A stretch of DNA of 64,000 bases from Acidobacteriota bacterium (lineage in GTDB: Bacteria > Acidobacteriota > UBA4820 > DSQY01), in NCBI GenBank assembly GCA_049967655.1, contig JBMFSH010000005.1, positions 59,774 through 123,773 on the forward strand, read 5' to 3'. Of the stretch, positions 42,534-51,945 are shown in pieces. The notes beneath the pieces are model-generated. The model did no database searches, was not told the DNA's origin, and saw nothing but the letters and a program-made list of their open reading frames with translations. The position numbers were made by a program, and so were the translations under genes. Numbering within the stretch: position 1 is the first letter of the stretch; each line of letters begins with the position of its first letter.

Positions 42534-43442
42534 TCATTCGTGCCCGGACAACTGGCCCCAGAGCATGCCCGCTACGATGAGCCCTCCCCCGAGGAGGCCG
42601 CGGAGCCCGAGGTTTTCTCCGCCGACCCACACGGCGAAAAGACCGGCGAAAACGGGTTCCATGGTGAAGATGAGCGCCGTCTGGACCGCCGAGACGTACC
42701 GCTGGCAGGTGGTCTGAACCAGGTAGGCGAGGGCCGTTGCCAGCAGAGCGGTGAGGAGGATTCCCCAAGCCGCTGCCGGCGGAATGGGCCAGACCGTTCC
42801 CAGCCGGGGAATCGACGCCAGCCAGGCGAGGCCCGCCACGGTGGCGAGCTGGGTCAGGACGAGAACGCCCGTGTCGTGGCGGTGCGCCTGATGGCCCGTG
42901 ACCAGGAGGTGTACGGCGTAGACCGCCGCGCAGATGAGGCTGAGAAGGTCGCCGCGGTTCATCCCCTCAAGGCCGCCCGCAAAGGAGAGGAGGAAGAGGC
43001 CCGAGGAGGCCAGCAGCACGGCGGCGATGACGGCCAGTTTCGGGGCGCGCCTGAGCCAGAGGGCCTGAAAGACAGGCGTCAGAACCACGAAGAGGCCGGT
43101 GATGAAGCCGCTGTGCGAGGCGCTGGTGAAGAGGAGGCCCAGCGTCTGGAAGGCGTACCCGCAAAAGAGGGCCAGCCCCATCCAGAATCCGCCGAGGAGG
43201 GCGCCCCGGTCTGCGCGGGACAACCTGCGCCCAAGGAAGGGCAGCAGTACCAAGACCCCCAGGGTGAAGCGAACGGCGAGGAAAGGGAAGACGGGGTAGA
43301 CGGCCACCGCGTCCCGCACCCAGACGAAACTGATGCCCCAGACGGCCGTGATGGCCAGGAGTGCCGCGGTGGAAAGCAGGGGCAGGCGCCACGCTCCTGA
43401 CCATGCGCGAGAGGGAGGATCGGGACCGTGGGCGCAGCTCAC
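42534..43442 (-). CDS. DMT/EamA family transporter
   Basis: 10 TM pattern, WGISF, SGFITGL, EPVFA; start uncertain. Confidence 0.9.
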   Translation of the reverse strand: MSCAHGPDPPSRAWSGAWRLPLLSTAALLAITAVWGISFVWVRDAVAVYPVFPFLAVRFTLGVLVLLPFLGRRLSRADRGALLGGFWMGLALFCGYAFQTLGLLFTSASHSGFITGLFVVLTPVFQALWLRRAPKLAVIAAVLLASSGLFLLSFAGGLEGMNRGDLLSLICAAVYAVHLLVTGHQAHRHDTGVLVLTQLATVAGLAWLASIPRLGTVWPIPPAAAWGILLTALLATALAYLVQTTCQRYVSAVQTALIFTMEPVFAGLFAVWVGGENLGLRGLLGGGLIVAGMLWGQLSGHE

Positions 43443-43466
43443 GCTGGGTTCTCCTCATGGGGCCTC

Positions 43467-43504
43467 AAACGAAACGGGGCCGCCCACGGCGAGGGCGGCC
43501 CCGT
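43467..43504 (-). terminator. Intrinsic terminator after rocD
   Basis: 12-bp stem ACGGGGCCGCCC/GGGCGGCCCCGT with T-rich tail on the minus strand. Confidence 0.7.
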
Positions 43505-43524
43505 GCCGGTCAAGGCGGCGCCCG

Positions 43525-44727
43525 TCAGGCCAGTACCTTCCCGATCCGCTCCACCGCCCAATCGATCTCCTCGCGCGTGATGACGAGGGCTGGGGCAAAG
43601 CGGATCACCTGCTCGTGTGTGTCCTTGGCTAGGATGCCATGCTCCATGAGCTTCAGGCAGAAGGGCCGGGCCGGGCCCGAGGCGGTCTTGATGACCACTC
43701 CGATGAGCAGTCCCTTGCCGCGCACCTGCTCGATGTGGGGGCTCCCCAGCTTCCTGAGCCTCTCCATGAAGTAGTCGCCCAGCTCGGCGGCGCGCTTGTC
43801 GAGCTTCTCATCGCGCAGCACCTCGAGGGCCGCCTTGGAGACGGCGGCGGCCAGAGGGTTGCCCCCGAAGGTGGACCCGTGGTCGCCGGGGTGGAAGACG
43901 CCCATGACCTCCTCGTCCGCCACGATGGCGGAAACGGGGAAAAGGCCTCCCCCCAGCGCCTTGCCCAGGATCATGATGTCCGGCTTAACGGCCTCGTAGT
44001 CGCACGCGAACCACCGGCCCGTGCGGCAGAACCCCGTCTGGACCTCGTCGGCCACGAAGAGCACGTGGCGCTTCTTGCAGAGGTCGTAGGCGGCCTTCAA
44101 GAAGCCTTCCGGGGGCACCACGACGCCGGCCTCGCCCTGCACCGGCTCCACGAGAAACGCGACGGTGTCGCCCGTGATGGCCGCGTCGAGGGCCTTCACG
44201 TCACCGAAAGGGATCATCTTGAAGCCGGGCGTGTAGGGACCGAAGCCCTCGCGGGTTTGGGCATCGGAAGAAAAACCCACGATGGTTGTGGTGCGGCCGT
44301 GGAAGTTCTGCTCGCAGACCACGATCTCCTGCCGGCCCGCCGCCACCCCCTTGACGGTCTGTCCCCATTTCCGTGCTGCCTTGATGGCCGTTTCCACTGC
44401 CTCGGCGCCGGTGTTCATGGGAAGGGCCTTCTGGTAGCCCGTGATCTCGCACAGGAGCTTGAGCCAGGGTCCCATTTGGTCGTTGTGGAAAGCCCTCGAG
44501 GTGAGGGTGACGCGGTCCGCCTGGGTCTTGAGCGCCTCTACGATCTTCGGGTGGCGGTGGCCCTGATTCACGGCCGAGTAGGCCGAGAGGCAGTCCATGT
44601 ACTTGTTGCCGTCCACGTCCCAGACCCATACCCGCTCCGCCTTCTCGATGACCACCGGCAGCGGGTGGTAGTTATGGGCCCCGTAGGCATCGTCCATCCG
44701 GATGTACTCTTCGGTGCGCGAGGACAT
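43525..44727 (-). CDS. rocD: Ornithine aminotransferase
   Basis: GAHNYHPLPV, SAYSAVNQGH, NTGAEAVE, DEVQTG, GKALGGG, HGSTFGGNP. Confidence 0.95.
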   Translation of the reverse strand: MSSRTEEYIRMDDAYGAHNYHPLPVVIEKAERVWVWDVDGNKYMDCLSAYSAVNQGHRHPKIVEALKTQADRVTLTSRAFHNDQMGPWLKLLCEITGYQKALPMNTGAEAVETAIKAARKWGQTVKGVAAGRQEIVVCEQNFHGRTTTIVGFSSDAQTREGFGPYTPGFKMIPFGDVKALDAAITGDTVAFLVEPVQGEAGVVVPPEGFLKAAYDLCKKRHVLFVADEVQTGFCRTGRWFACDYEAVKPDIMILGKALGGGLFPVSAIVADEEVMGVFHPGDHGSTFGGNPLAAAVSKAALEVLRDEKLDKRAAELGDYFMERLRKLGSPHIEQVRGKGLLIGVVIKTASGPARPFCLKLMEHGILAKDTHEQVIRFAPALVITREEIDWAVERIGKVLA

Positions 44728-44899
44728 GACAACCTCCAAAGTCTCTGGGAAGCCGGTGAGGCCCCCTCGCCACCGCGAAGGGAACTTCCCGCCGGCATAG
44801 CCTCCAACCTTAACAAAACAAGGCTCTTTGGGCAAGCGCCCGGGGGTGCGCCGGGGAGTGCGTCGGAGGCCGGCCCGGCAAGGGGGTGGAGACGAGATC

Positions 44900-45979
44900 T
44901 CAGACCTCGAGCATTTGAATCGAGCAAAGCCCCAGGTGGCCGTCCAACAGGCCGTACGAGATGGTGCAAGAAGGCAACTTTCCCTCCAGAGACAGGCGCG
45001 CGGCCAGGAGTTCGGAGAGGGGAACCACCTTCACGCCCTTGCGGGCGGCGGCTCCGAGAAGTGCCTTGAAGGCTTCAAGGAAAAACAGTCCCTCCACCTC
45101 TGGGTAAACGGTGAGTACGGGCCAGCGCCCCCCGCCTGTCTCGGCCAGGACCGATTCGTAAAAGGAGGCGGCATCGGGCGCGCTGATCCCTAAGGCATCC
45201 TGGAGGGTGGGCAGCGTGTTGGGCACCTGGGGAATGCGGAGGGAGTGGGCTTCGATGTTTGGAAGGTACGGGTCCGTACCGTGCGAATCGGAGGCGAAGC
45301 GCAACCCGAGTTTCTCTTCGTGCCGAAGGCTTTCGTTGGAGCACAGAAGGCCCGGCGAAGCCATGGTATGGGGCTCCCGGCCGAAGATTTGTTCGTAGGC
45401 CTCGGCGGCCCTCTCCATCTGTAAGTCGATGAGATCGGCCGACATGCGTTGGAGGCCCGTCTGCCACCCGTGCCGGTCCCACGGCTGAACGCCTACCTCG
45501 TGGCCCTCTTCGGCGATCCGCCGGGCAAGGGGCGCCGCCTCGGCCCCCACCACCCTCGGGGGGACAAGAAGCCCCGAGAGCCTTGTCCGCCAGGAGTAGC
45601 CGCGGAGGAGTCCGAACCGGCGCAGGCGCAGGAGATGGCGGGGATTTTTAAGGAGCCTTACAAAATGGAGGCCGGCGCGGTCCGGTCCCAGGTTCAGGTA
45701 GAAGGTGGCCCTTGCCCCTCCGTCCCGGAGAGCCTCCAGCAGAGGGGGAACTCCTTGAAAGAGACCGTCGTGGCTGGCCGGTTCCACGCGCAGACCCAAT
45801 CGCGGAACCTCCGGCGCATCGGGCACTGGGAAAGCCCCCAATAGCTTATCAGCTGCCGATTTCTCCTTCAGGCGCTTCTGGCGCCGGAGTTCCATCCGCG
45901 CCTCCTCGGGGATGTCGTAGACGTTGCGGTGTCCGCTGCGCTGGGACTGGAGACCGAACACCCGCTCGAACCAGCTCAT
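44900..45979 (-). CDS. ArnD-like NodB/CE4-fold protein, catalytic residues apparently lost
   Basis: Collinear ArnD blocks (GVPPLL, GPD, HEVG..WD.H.WQ, SD..G, Q.P.TLPT, EVEG) plus N-terminal extension. Confidence 0.8.
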   Translation of the reverse strand: MSWFERVFGLQSQRSGHRNVYDIPEEARMELRRQKRLKEKSAADKLLGAFPVPDAPEVPRLGLRVEPASHDGLFQGVPPLLEALRDGGARATFYLNLGPDRAGLHFVRLLKNPRHLLRLRRFGLLRGYSWRTRLSGLLVPPRVVGAEAAPLARRIAEEGHEVGVQPWDRHGWQTGLQRMSADLIDLQMERAAEAYEQIFGREPHTMASPGLLCSNESLRHEEKLGLRFASDSHGTDPYLPNIEAHSLRIPQVPNTLPTLQDALGISAPDAASFYESVLAETGGGRWPVLTVYPEVEGLFFLEAFKALLGAAARKGVKVVPLSELLAARLSLEGKLPSCTISYGLLDGHLGLCSIQMLEV

Positions 45980-46075
45980 GAATACCACCCCCGGACTCCG
46001 CCCGCGAAGTCAGCCATCATTCCGCCCCCTGACAGTGTGCCCCTCCGGGGCTTTCGGCGCAAGCGGCCCGGTGCG

Positions 46076-46556
46076 CCCCAATCCCGCGATGGAACGGGGG
46101 AAAGAGCATGGAAAGCAGGCGGAGCAAGCCAATGAAGAAGAGGCCCTTGTCACCTATCAAGGGATTGGGGCGCCCTCGAGCCGAAGGCGAGATGACAGCA
46201 CCCTCTCCTCATCGCACCCCATACTGCACGGCTCCCCCTCAGTGGGGCCACCCGAAGTGCGGATAGAAGCGTGGAGGACGCTGGCCTCCCCCAACGCGCT
46301 CAACCTGAAGCCAGAGGACAACGGAGCCCCCCTTGACACGACCGGCCTGCTCATAGCAGGGCGCCAAGGGTGGGGTGAGGCTCCACGGGCTTGGCCCGTG
46401 GAGCGGGGCCCCGCAGGGCAATCTCCCGAACCGTCGGGCTTGGCTCGCGGTTCGGGGCGGCAAGGCCATGGCCCTCCCCGTTCAGGAGACAACGCCTTTC
46501 CCCCGTGAACCGGAGCCGTAGCCGAAAGCACCCGCATGTCCATCGCGGAATTTGGG
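46076..46556 (+). mobile_element. MITE-like non-autonomous element, copy A (481 bp, carries IS110 right-end segment)
   Basis: Imperfect TIRs CCCCAATCCCGCGATGGA / TCCATCGCGGAATTTGGG; homologous to inverted copy 50081-50396; internal hairpins. Confidence 0.75.
46173..46358 (+). ncRNA. Orphan homologue of the IS110 right-end (bridge/seek RNA-like) region
   Basis: About 75-80% identical by manual alignment to 60337-60524, including AAGTGCGGATAGAAGCGTGGA, TTGACA and the sub-terminal IR; no transposase nearby; expression not shown. Confidence 0.55.
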
Positions 46557-46635
46557 TCGTGACGGCCTGGCGCCGTTGGCATCGCCCCCACCCCTTCGAG
46601 TCTCGCCTCCCTGAAACGCATCAGGATGGAGCCCC

Positions 46636-46667
46636 AAAAGGAGGGGCCCCGGGGTGCCCCGGGGCCC
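46636..46667 (-). terminator. Intrinsic terminator after TonB-dependent receptor
   Basis: GGGCCCCGGG-4-CCCGGGGCCC hairpin followed by CTCCTTTT on the minus strand. Confidence 0.65.
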
Positions 46668-46691
46668 GCTCGACTTACCGAAAAGCCAGCC

Positions 46692-49600
46692 CTAGAAACT
46701 CCAGCGGAGACCGAGCCGGAGGAGCCTCGGTGACTGAGCGATCCAAGGTTTTTTGAAGAGCCCCGTTTCCAGCAAAATTGGCCCGCCAGCGTTGGGCTGG
46801 TGGGCATATTCCTCGTTGAGCACGACCGGTCTGTTCTCATTGGTCACGTTGAAGATATCCAGCCGAAGCCCGAGGTTGCTCTTCCAGAGCTTGAAGTTGT
46901 ACTGGGCCGCCGCATCCAGCGTCCACGTGGTGGGGGTCCGTCCCGCCGTCCCTCGCTGCGAATAGAGGCCCGCCATGGAGGCGTACCAGTCGAAGATGAG
47001 GTACTTGCTGATGGGTGTGCCGCTCTGGAGCTGGAAATTGGCCGAAAGCTCAAGCGGAATGTTATCAAAGAGATAGGAGCCGTAAGCCTTCAAGACGTGC
47101 GTGCGGTCCAGGGGCAGGAGGCCCATACCGTTGACGAGCATCTGCGGAAGGTCGTAAACGGCGTTGTTGCTGGGATCGAGCTGACCCGTTAGGGTATCGT
47201 TGCTGGATTCGCCTTCGTAGTTGCCTTCGAGGCGGGAGAGGACGTAAGAGCCGCCCATTTGCCAATGGTGGCTCATGCGCTTGTCCGCGGTAATTTCCAA
47301 GGCCTTATAACGGCGCGTGGGCTTGGGAAAGAAATAAATCTGCTTCCAGTTGGGCGTGAAGTCGGGGTTGAGCCCTGGCACGGGGACGCCCGTCCACTTG
47401 TCCGGGTTGCCCACGATGTAGGTCTGGGCGCCATCGAAGGAAAAGTCCTCGATAGCGCGGCCTAAGTTGCGGTAAATGAGACGCGACCCCAGTTTGAAGT
47501 CGGGAGCCACTTGGTACTCGTATCCGAGAATGTATTCGTCGGAATACGGCGCTTCGAGCGGAGTGGAAACGGGCAACCCCGGAGTCTGCCCCTGGATCTC
47601 CTCGCCCTGACCTCCCAAGATGACGGAAATACCGGGGATGAAGGACGTGAGGTTGGGGTTGTAGAAGTACTCCAGCCCGGACACCTCGTTGTTCAGACTC
47701 CGCACGGCTAGGTCGGCCGGCACTCGCTGGTAGTAGCGCCCGAAGAAGCCGAAGAGCTTGCTTTTGCCGTTGTGGGCCACGTCCCAGGTGAATCCCACCC
47801 TGGGGGCATAGTTGCCCTTCAGGTTGATGCTTTCACCACCCGGCAGGTCACCCGCGAGATACTCTTGACTGTAACGGAGGCCGAGCTTCAGCGTGAAGTA
47901 CTGCGTCAGGCTCCAATTGTCGTTAGCCCAGAAGGCTGTGTCTTTCATCGTGGTGGGCCGGGCCATCGGGGTGAAGTAATCCGACGCCAAGTAGACGTAT
48001 TGTTGGCCTTCTGGCCCCGAAGGCAGGCCATAGTAGGACGCAGGTGCCCACTGGACCTGCAAGCCGCCTATGGCCGGCTGGTGAAGAATGGGTGACATGA
48101 AATTCGTAGGCCCGGTGAGGCCGAAGATTGGCGTGTAATCCCGTTTGTCCCACTGGAACCCGTACGATACCTCGTGCTGGCCTCGGAAGCTGAAGATGTT
48201 GGTAAACTTTACATTGAGCTGTTCGGATTTGTCTTTCGTTACGCCGCCGTAACCGCCTCCACCCCGGGAGGGGAGGTAGTTTCCGTTCAACAGGTCGGTG
48301 ATGCCTGTGGCCGGACTGTAGGTGTAGCCGTTCGGGTCGACTTGATTCTTCGGGTAGGCGCGGAATCCGCCGTAGCTCGCCGAGGAGTTAATGTAGCTGT
48401 AGGCCCAGTTCTGGGAGGCCGAGGCGGGGAAGGACTGCCACTGGTGGCTGTCGTGGTAGCTCAGCACCGCCTCGCTAAAGAAGGTGGGCGACCACGTGGA
48501 ATTCCACTGCAACGAAATGTTGTTCGGTTCGTCCTTGAGCTGGTAGGTGGCAGAGGCCACATCCAGCGTATTCAGGTTGGAATAGAGATTTTCACGGTTC
48601 TGGTTGCCGAAGAAACTCAGGGCGAGCTTCTGGCTGGGACTCACGTTCCACGTGATCTTGAGGGCGTACTGCTGGTTGATCTGGTTGGTATCGGTGATCT
48701 CTCTGCCCGCAAAGACCGACTGAGCGGGCTGCCCGTTCAGGTAGAGGTAAGGATCGCCACCGGCCGCGGGGAGGCTCGTGTAATCCCTGTAGCGGTTGTA
48801 GTCGTAGCCCGCGTAGAACCAGAGCTTGTCTTTGATGAAATAGCCACCCAGCTCGCCGCCGATGTCGTAGCGCGTGTAACCGGCGTTGCCGGTGAGGTTC
48901 TGATTATAGGGATAACTCACCCCCTTGGCCTGTAAGCTGCTATTCCAGTAGTAGCTGTAGAGCGAACCGTGGAATTGGTTGCCCCCGCTCCGGGTGATCG
49001 CATTGACTACACCCCCCATAGCTCCGCCATACTCGGGCGGGATCCCTCCCGTCAGCACTTGCAGATCCTGGATGAAGTCGAAGTTGAGCATGGTGCCGTT
49101 CACGTCGGTGGCGTTGCCGATGCTGCGGCTGACCGTTGTACCAGCCGCCGTACCCAGGTCGGTGTTGGTGACGTTCATGCCGTTCACCATATACTGGTTT
49201 TCGGCACCAGTGGAGCCGCCGATGGACACCATTCCTGGTGTTGAAGAGCCAGAGTTCACCGCACTCGGGGCGAGAAAGGCGATCTGGTTGGAGTCCCTGG
49301 CCAAGGGGATGGCCTCAATCATCTGGTTGGATAAGGTGGCGCCAGTGGAGGTGCTTTTGAGGTTCACGATCGGCGCAGCGCTGGTGACAACGATCTGCTC
49401 GCCCCCGCTGCCCATGGTGAAGGGCAACTGGACTACGGCGCCCAGAGGCACCTCGATGTTCCGCCGGATGACCGTGTTGTATCCGTCCGCTGAAACCTTG
49501 ACCTCATAATGTGTTCCAGCGGGGACAAAGGGGACAATATAGTTGCCTTTTACGTCGCTGGCAGTACCGAGAAAGCCTTGTACCGACGGCCCTGAAACCT

Positions 49601-49742
49601 GGACCAGCGCGCCAGCTATGGGCTGCCCGTGGGCATCGGTGATTCGGCCTTGGACGGTTCCTCCGGTGGTCTGCGCCCACGGCACCTGCCCTAACCAGAG
49701 GCCGGTGAGAATCAACAACACTCCCCATCTGACCCGACTCAT
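46692..49742 (-). CDS. TonB-dependent receptor, Oar-like, with N-terminal carboxypeptidase-regulatory-like domain
   Basis: Signal peptide, GTVQGRITD, plug GGIPPEYGGAMGGVVNAITRSGGN, C-terminal LRWSF; visibly lower GC than core genes. Confidence 0.93.
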   Translation of the reverse strand: MSRVRWGVLLILTGLWLGQVPWAQTTGGTVQGRITDAHGQPIAGALVQVSGPSVQGFLGTASDVKGNYIVPFVPAGTHYEVKVSADGYNTVIRRNIEVPLGAVVQLPFTMGSGGEQIVVTSAAPIVNLKSTSTGATLSNQMIEAIPLARDSNQIAFLAPSAVNSGSSTPGMVSIGGSTGAENQYMVNGMNVTNTDLGTAAGTTVSRSIGNATDVNGTMLNFDFIQDLQVLTGGIPPEYGGAMGGVVNAITRSGGNQFHGSLYSYYWNSSLQAKGVSYPYNQNLTGNAGYTRYDIGGELGGYFIKDKLWFYAGYDYNRYRDYTSLPAAGGDPYLYLNGQPAQSVFAGREITDTNQINQQYALKITWNVSPSQKLALSFFGNQNRENLYSNLNTLDVASATYQLKDEPNNISLQWNSTWSPTFFSEAVLSYHDSHQWQSFPASASQNWAYSYINSSASYGGFRAYPKNQVDPNGYTYSPATGITDLLNGNYLPSRGGGGYGGVTKDKSEQLNVKFTNIFSFRGQHEVSYGFQWDKRDYTPIFGLTGPTNFMSPILHQPAIGGLQVQWAPASYYGLPSGPEGQQYVYLASDYFTPMARPTTMKDTAFWANDNWSLTQYFTLKLGLRYSQEYLAGDLPGGESINLKGNYAPRVGFTWDVAHNGKSKLFGFFGRYYQRVPADLAVRSLNNEVSGLEYFYNPNLTSFIPGISVILGGQGEEIQGQTPGLPVSTPLEAPYSDEYILGYEYQVAPDFKLGSRLIYRNLGRAIEDFSFDGAQTYIVGNPDKWTGVPVPGLNPDFTPNWKQIYFFPKPTRRYKALEITADKRMSHHWQMGGSYVLSRLEGNYEGESSNDTLTGQLDPSNNAVYDLPQMLVNGMGLLPLDRTHVLKAYGSYLFDNIPLELSANFQLQSGTPISKYLIFDWYASMAGLYSQRGTAGRTPTTWTLDAAAQYNFKLWKSNLGLRLDIFNVTNENRPVVLNEEYAHQPNAGGPILLETGLFKKPWIAQSPRLLRLGLRWSF

Positions 49743-50080
49743 CTCTCAACCTCCTGTCCCGCTCCCCTCCAATGGGCAATCCCTTCCTAATGGGCCTTGA
49801 TAGGCCTGGCCTCCCTCCATACCGAGGAGACTATTGGGGGATAAGGGATACGGCTTCCGTTCTTCGAAATCCTTTCGGGCGGGTGTTCATGACCTCCTTT
49901 CCATGGCGTGCGTTCACCTTTGGCGCCCACAATTTGCCCGCTGCGACATTTACAGAATGGGTCCCACTGGTGCTTAGACTCAAAGGGTGGATTTGATGCG
50001 ACCTCAAGCCCGCCCTCCGATCATCTGAACTAAAGATACCTTACCATCTCGGAACGGAGCTGATCAATACACCGCCCACA

Positions 50081-50396
50081 CCCAAATTCCGCAATGGAAA
50101 CGCGGGTACCTTCGGCTATCGCTCGGGTTCACCGGGGAAAGGCGTTGTCTCCTGGACGCGGAGGGCCATGGCCTTGCCCCCCCGAACCGCGAGCTAAGCC
50201 CGACGGTTCGGGAGATTGCCCTGCGGGGCCCCTCCCCACAGGCCAAGCCCGTGGAGCCTCACCCCACCCTTGGTGCCCATCTCGTCCTTCGCTCGAGGGC
50301 GCCCCAATCCCTGGATAGGGAACAAGGGCCTCTTCTCCAATGCCTTGTCCCGCCTGCTTTCCATGTTCTTTCCCCCGTTCCATCGCGGGATTGGGG
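50081..50396 (-). mobile_element. MITE-like non-autonomous element, copy B (316 bp)
   Basis: Same TIRs; flanked by direct repeat CCACA (50076-80 and 50397-401); lacks 165 bp present in copy A. Confidence 0.75.
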
Positions 50397-50460
50397 CCAC
50401 AAGCACAGCCGGGGGAGGTGGACCGCCCTTGATTTTTCGAGGGCTTGGCGTGCGAATGGT

Positions 50461-51945
50461 TCAGGCCGGACCCTGGGGAGCCGGCCGGTCGGCCGCTTCT
50501 GCCCTGCGCGCGATGGCGGCGGCCATGCCCGAGAATAGGGCGCCGTGGATGGGGTAGAGTCCGTACCAGTAGAGAAAGCCGAACAGGCCCCTGGGGGCGA
50601 AGAGCGCTTTCTGGATGAGAACGCTGGAGCACCCGTCCTTGGCCGGCAGGACGGAGAACTGCAGCCAAGCCCTGCCGGGCACTCGCATCTCGGCGCGCAG
50701 GCGTATCGTTTTGGGCTCCTCCCAGGCTTCCACCCTCCAGAAGTCCAGTGCCTCCCCCACGTGGAGTTTGCTGGGGTGGCGGCGCCCGCGGCGCAGCCCC
50801 ACACCCCCGCAAAGGCGGTCAAGCGCCCCCCTGAGCCTCCAGAGGACGTTCGCATAGTACCAACCCTGTTCTCCTCCAATGGAGGCCACAACCTGGAAGA
50901 GCGTTTCGGGAGCAGCGGCAACGGTGAGTGTGCGGGTTTCGCTCATGAGGCCCCGCTCGTCGGCCAAGCGGACTCGCGGCACGTCGCTGCGCCCTGCGCT
51001 GGAGACGGCCCCCGTCCAGGAAGTCTCCACTTCGTGCTGTTCCAGCTGGCGCAGGGCTGCGGCCAGGGCCTTGCTATAGCCCTGCGGGCGGATGGCAGGG
51101 AAGAGGGTGGCGGCGTCGCGGGTCGAGCAGACGGATTCGGAACGCACGCTCTCGATGAGGTGCCGTGCGGTCTTCACGGGGATGGGAGTCACGAAGCCAA
51201 GCCAGTAGGACGAGAGGCGCGGCGTAAGGACGGGAATGGTGAGGACCGCCCTGCGGAGGCCTCGCATCCGAGCGTACTGGAGCATCATCTCTTTGTAGGT
51301 GAGGACGTCGGCTCCGCCGATCTCGATCACCTTACCCCAGGCCCGCGGCTCCTCCAAACAGGCGATGAGGTAATCGAGGACGTCTCCGATGCCGATGGGC
51401 TGACAGCGGGTTGTCACCCAGCGGGGGGCCACCATAACGGGGAGACGCTCGCCAAGATAGCGGATGAGTTCGAAGGAGAGACTCGCCGAGCCCACGATGA
51501 TGGAGGCCCGGAATTCGGTGACGGGCACTCTGCCATCCCTAAGGACCCTGCCCGTTTCCAGGCGGCTTTTCATGTGCGGAGAATGGGGCCGCTTTTCGTC
51601 CGCCAGTCCCCCCAGGAATATGATCCGCTTAAGGCCGCAGAGGGATGCGGCGTCACGGAAAGAGGCTGCGGCGCGGCGGTCTCGCTGGTCGAAGTCTGGG
51701 CCCGAAGCCATGGAGTGCACGAGGTAATAGGCATCCGTCACACCACGCAGCGCCGGGGTCAAGCTGGTCGGATCCAGCAGGTCCCCGCGAACCAGCTCCG
51801 CACCTTTCCACCTTCTATTTTCGAGAGAGGCGGGGTCGCGCGCCAGGCAACGGACGGCGTAACCCGCCGCCAGGAGGCGTGGAACCAGGCGTCCGCCTAC
51901 GTATCCGGTTGCTCCAGTCACGAGGACGAGGCGCCTTTCTACCAT
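50461..51945 (-). CDS. Atypical SDR NAD(P)-binding protein with DUF2867 (YbjT-like)
   Basis: TGATGYVG, YYLVHSM, LDFWRVE, AEMRVPGRAWL, GFLYWY..YPIH; start uncertain. Confidence 0.9.
   Translation of the reverse strand: MVERRLVLVTGATGYVGGRLVPRLLAAGYAVRCLARDPASLENRRWKGAELVRGDLLDPTSLTPALRGVTDAYYLVHSMASGPDFDQRDRRAAASFRDAASLCGLKRIIFLGGLADEKRPHSPHMKSRLETGRVLRDGRVPVTEFRASIIVGSASLSFELIRYLGERLPVMVAPRWVTTRCQPIGIGDVLDYLIACLEEPRAWGKVIEIGGADVLTYKEMMLQYARMRGLRRAVLTIPVLTPRLSSYWLGFVTPIPVKTARHLIESVRSESVCSTRDAATLFPAIRPQGYSKALAAALRQLEQHEVETSWTGAVSSAGRSDVPRVRLADERGLMSETRTLTVAAAPETLFQVVASIGGEQGWYYANVLWRLRGALDRLCGGVGLRRGRRHPSKLHVGEALDFWRVEAWEEPKTIRLRAEMRVPGRAWLQFSVLPAKDGCSSVLIQKALFAPRGLFGFLYWYGLYPIHGALFSGMAAAIARRAEAADRPAPQGPA

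Noticed and set aside
46373..46400. M-box (ykoK) riboswitch from GGTGAGGCTCC
   Set aside because: Only the first ~11 nt resemble it; the rest is a MITE hairpin, and it is not upstream of a Mg transporter
49900..49945. c-di-GMP-I riboswitch upstream of the receptor (GGCAAA)
   Set aside because: No GNRA-capped P2 stem or GCAAAGC/P3 motif recognisable
46076..50396. Proven composite transposon carrying the TonB receptor
   Set aside because: Outer flanks (GTGCG vs CCACA) do not match and copy B has its own duplication, favouring independent insertions
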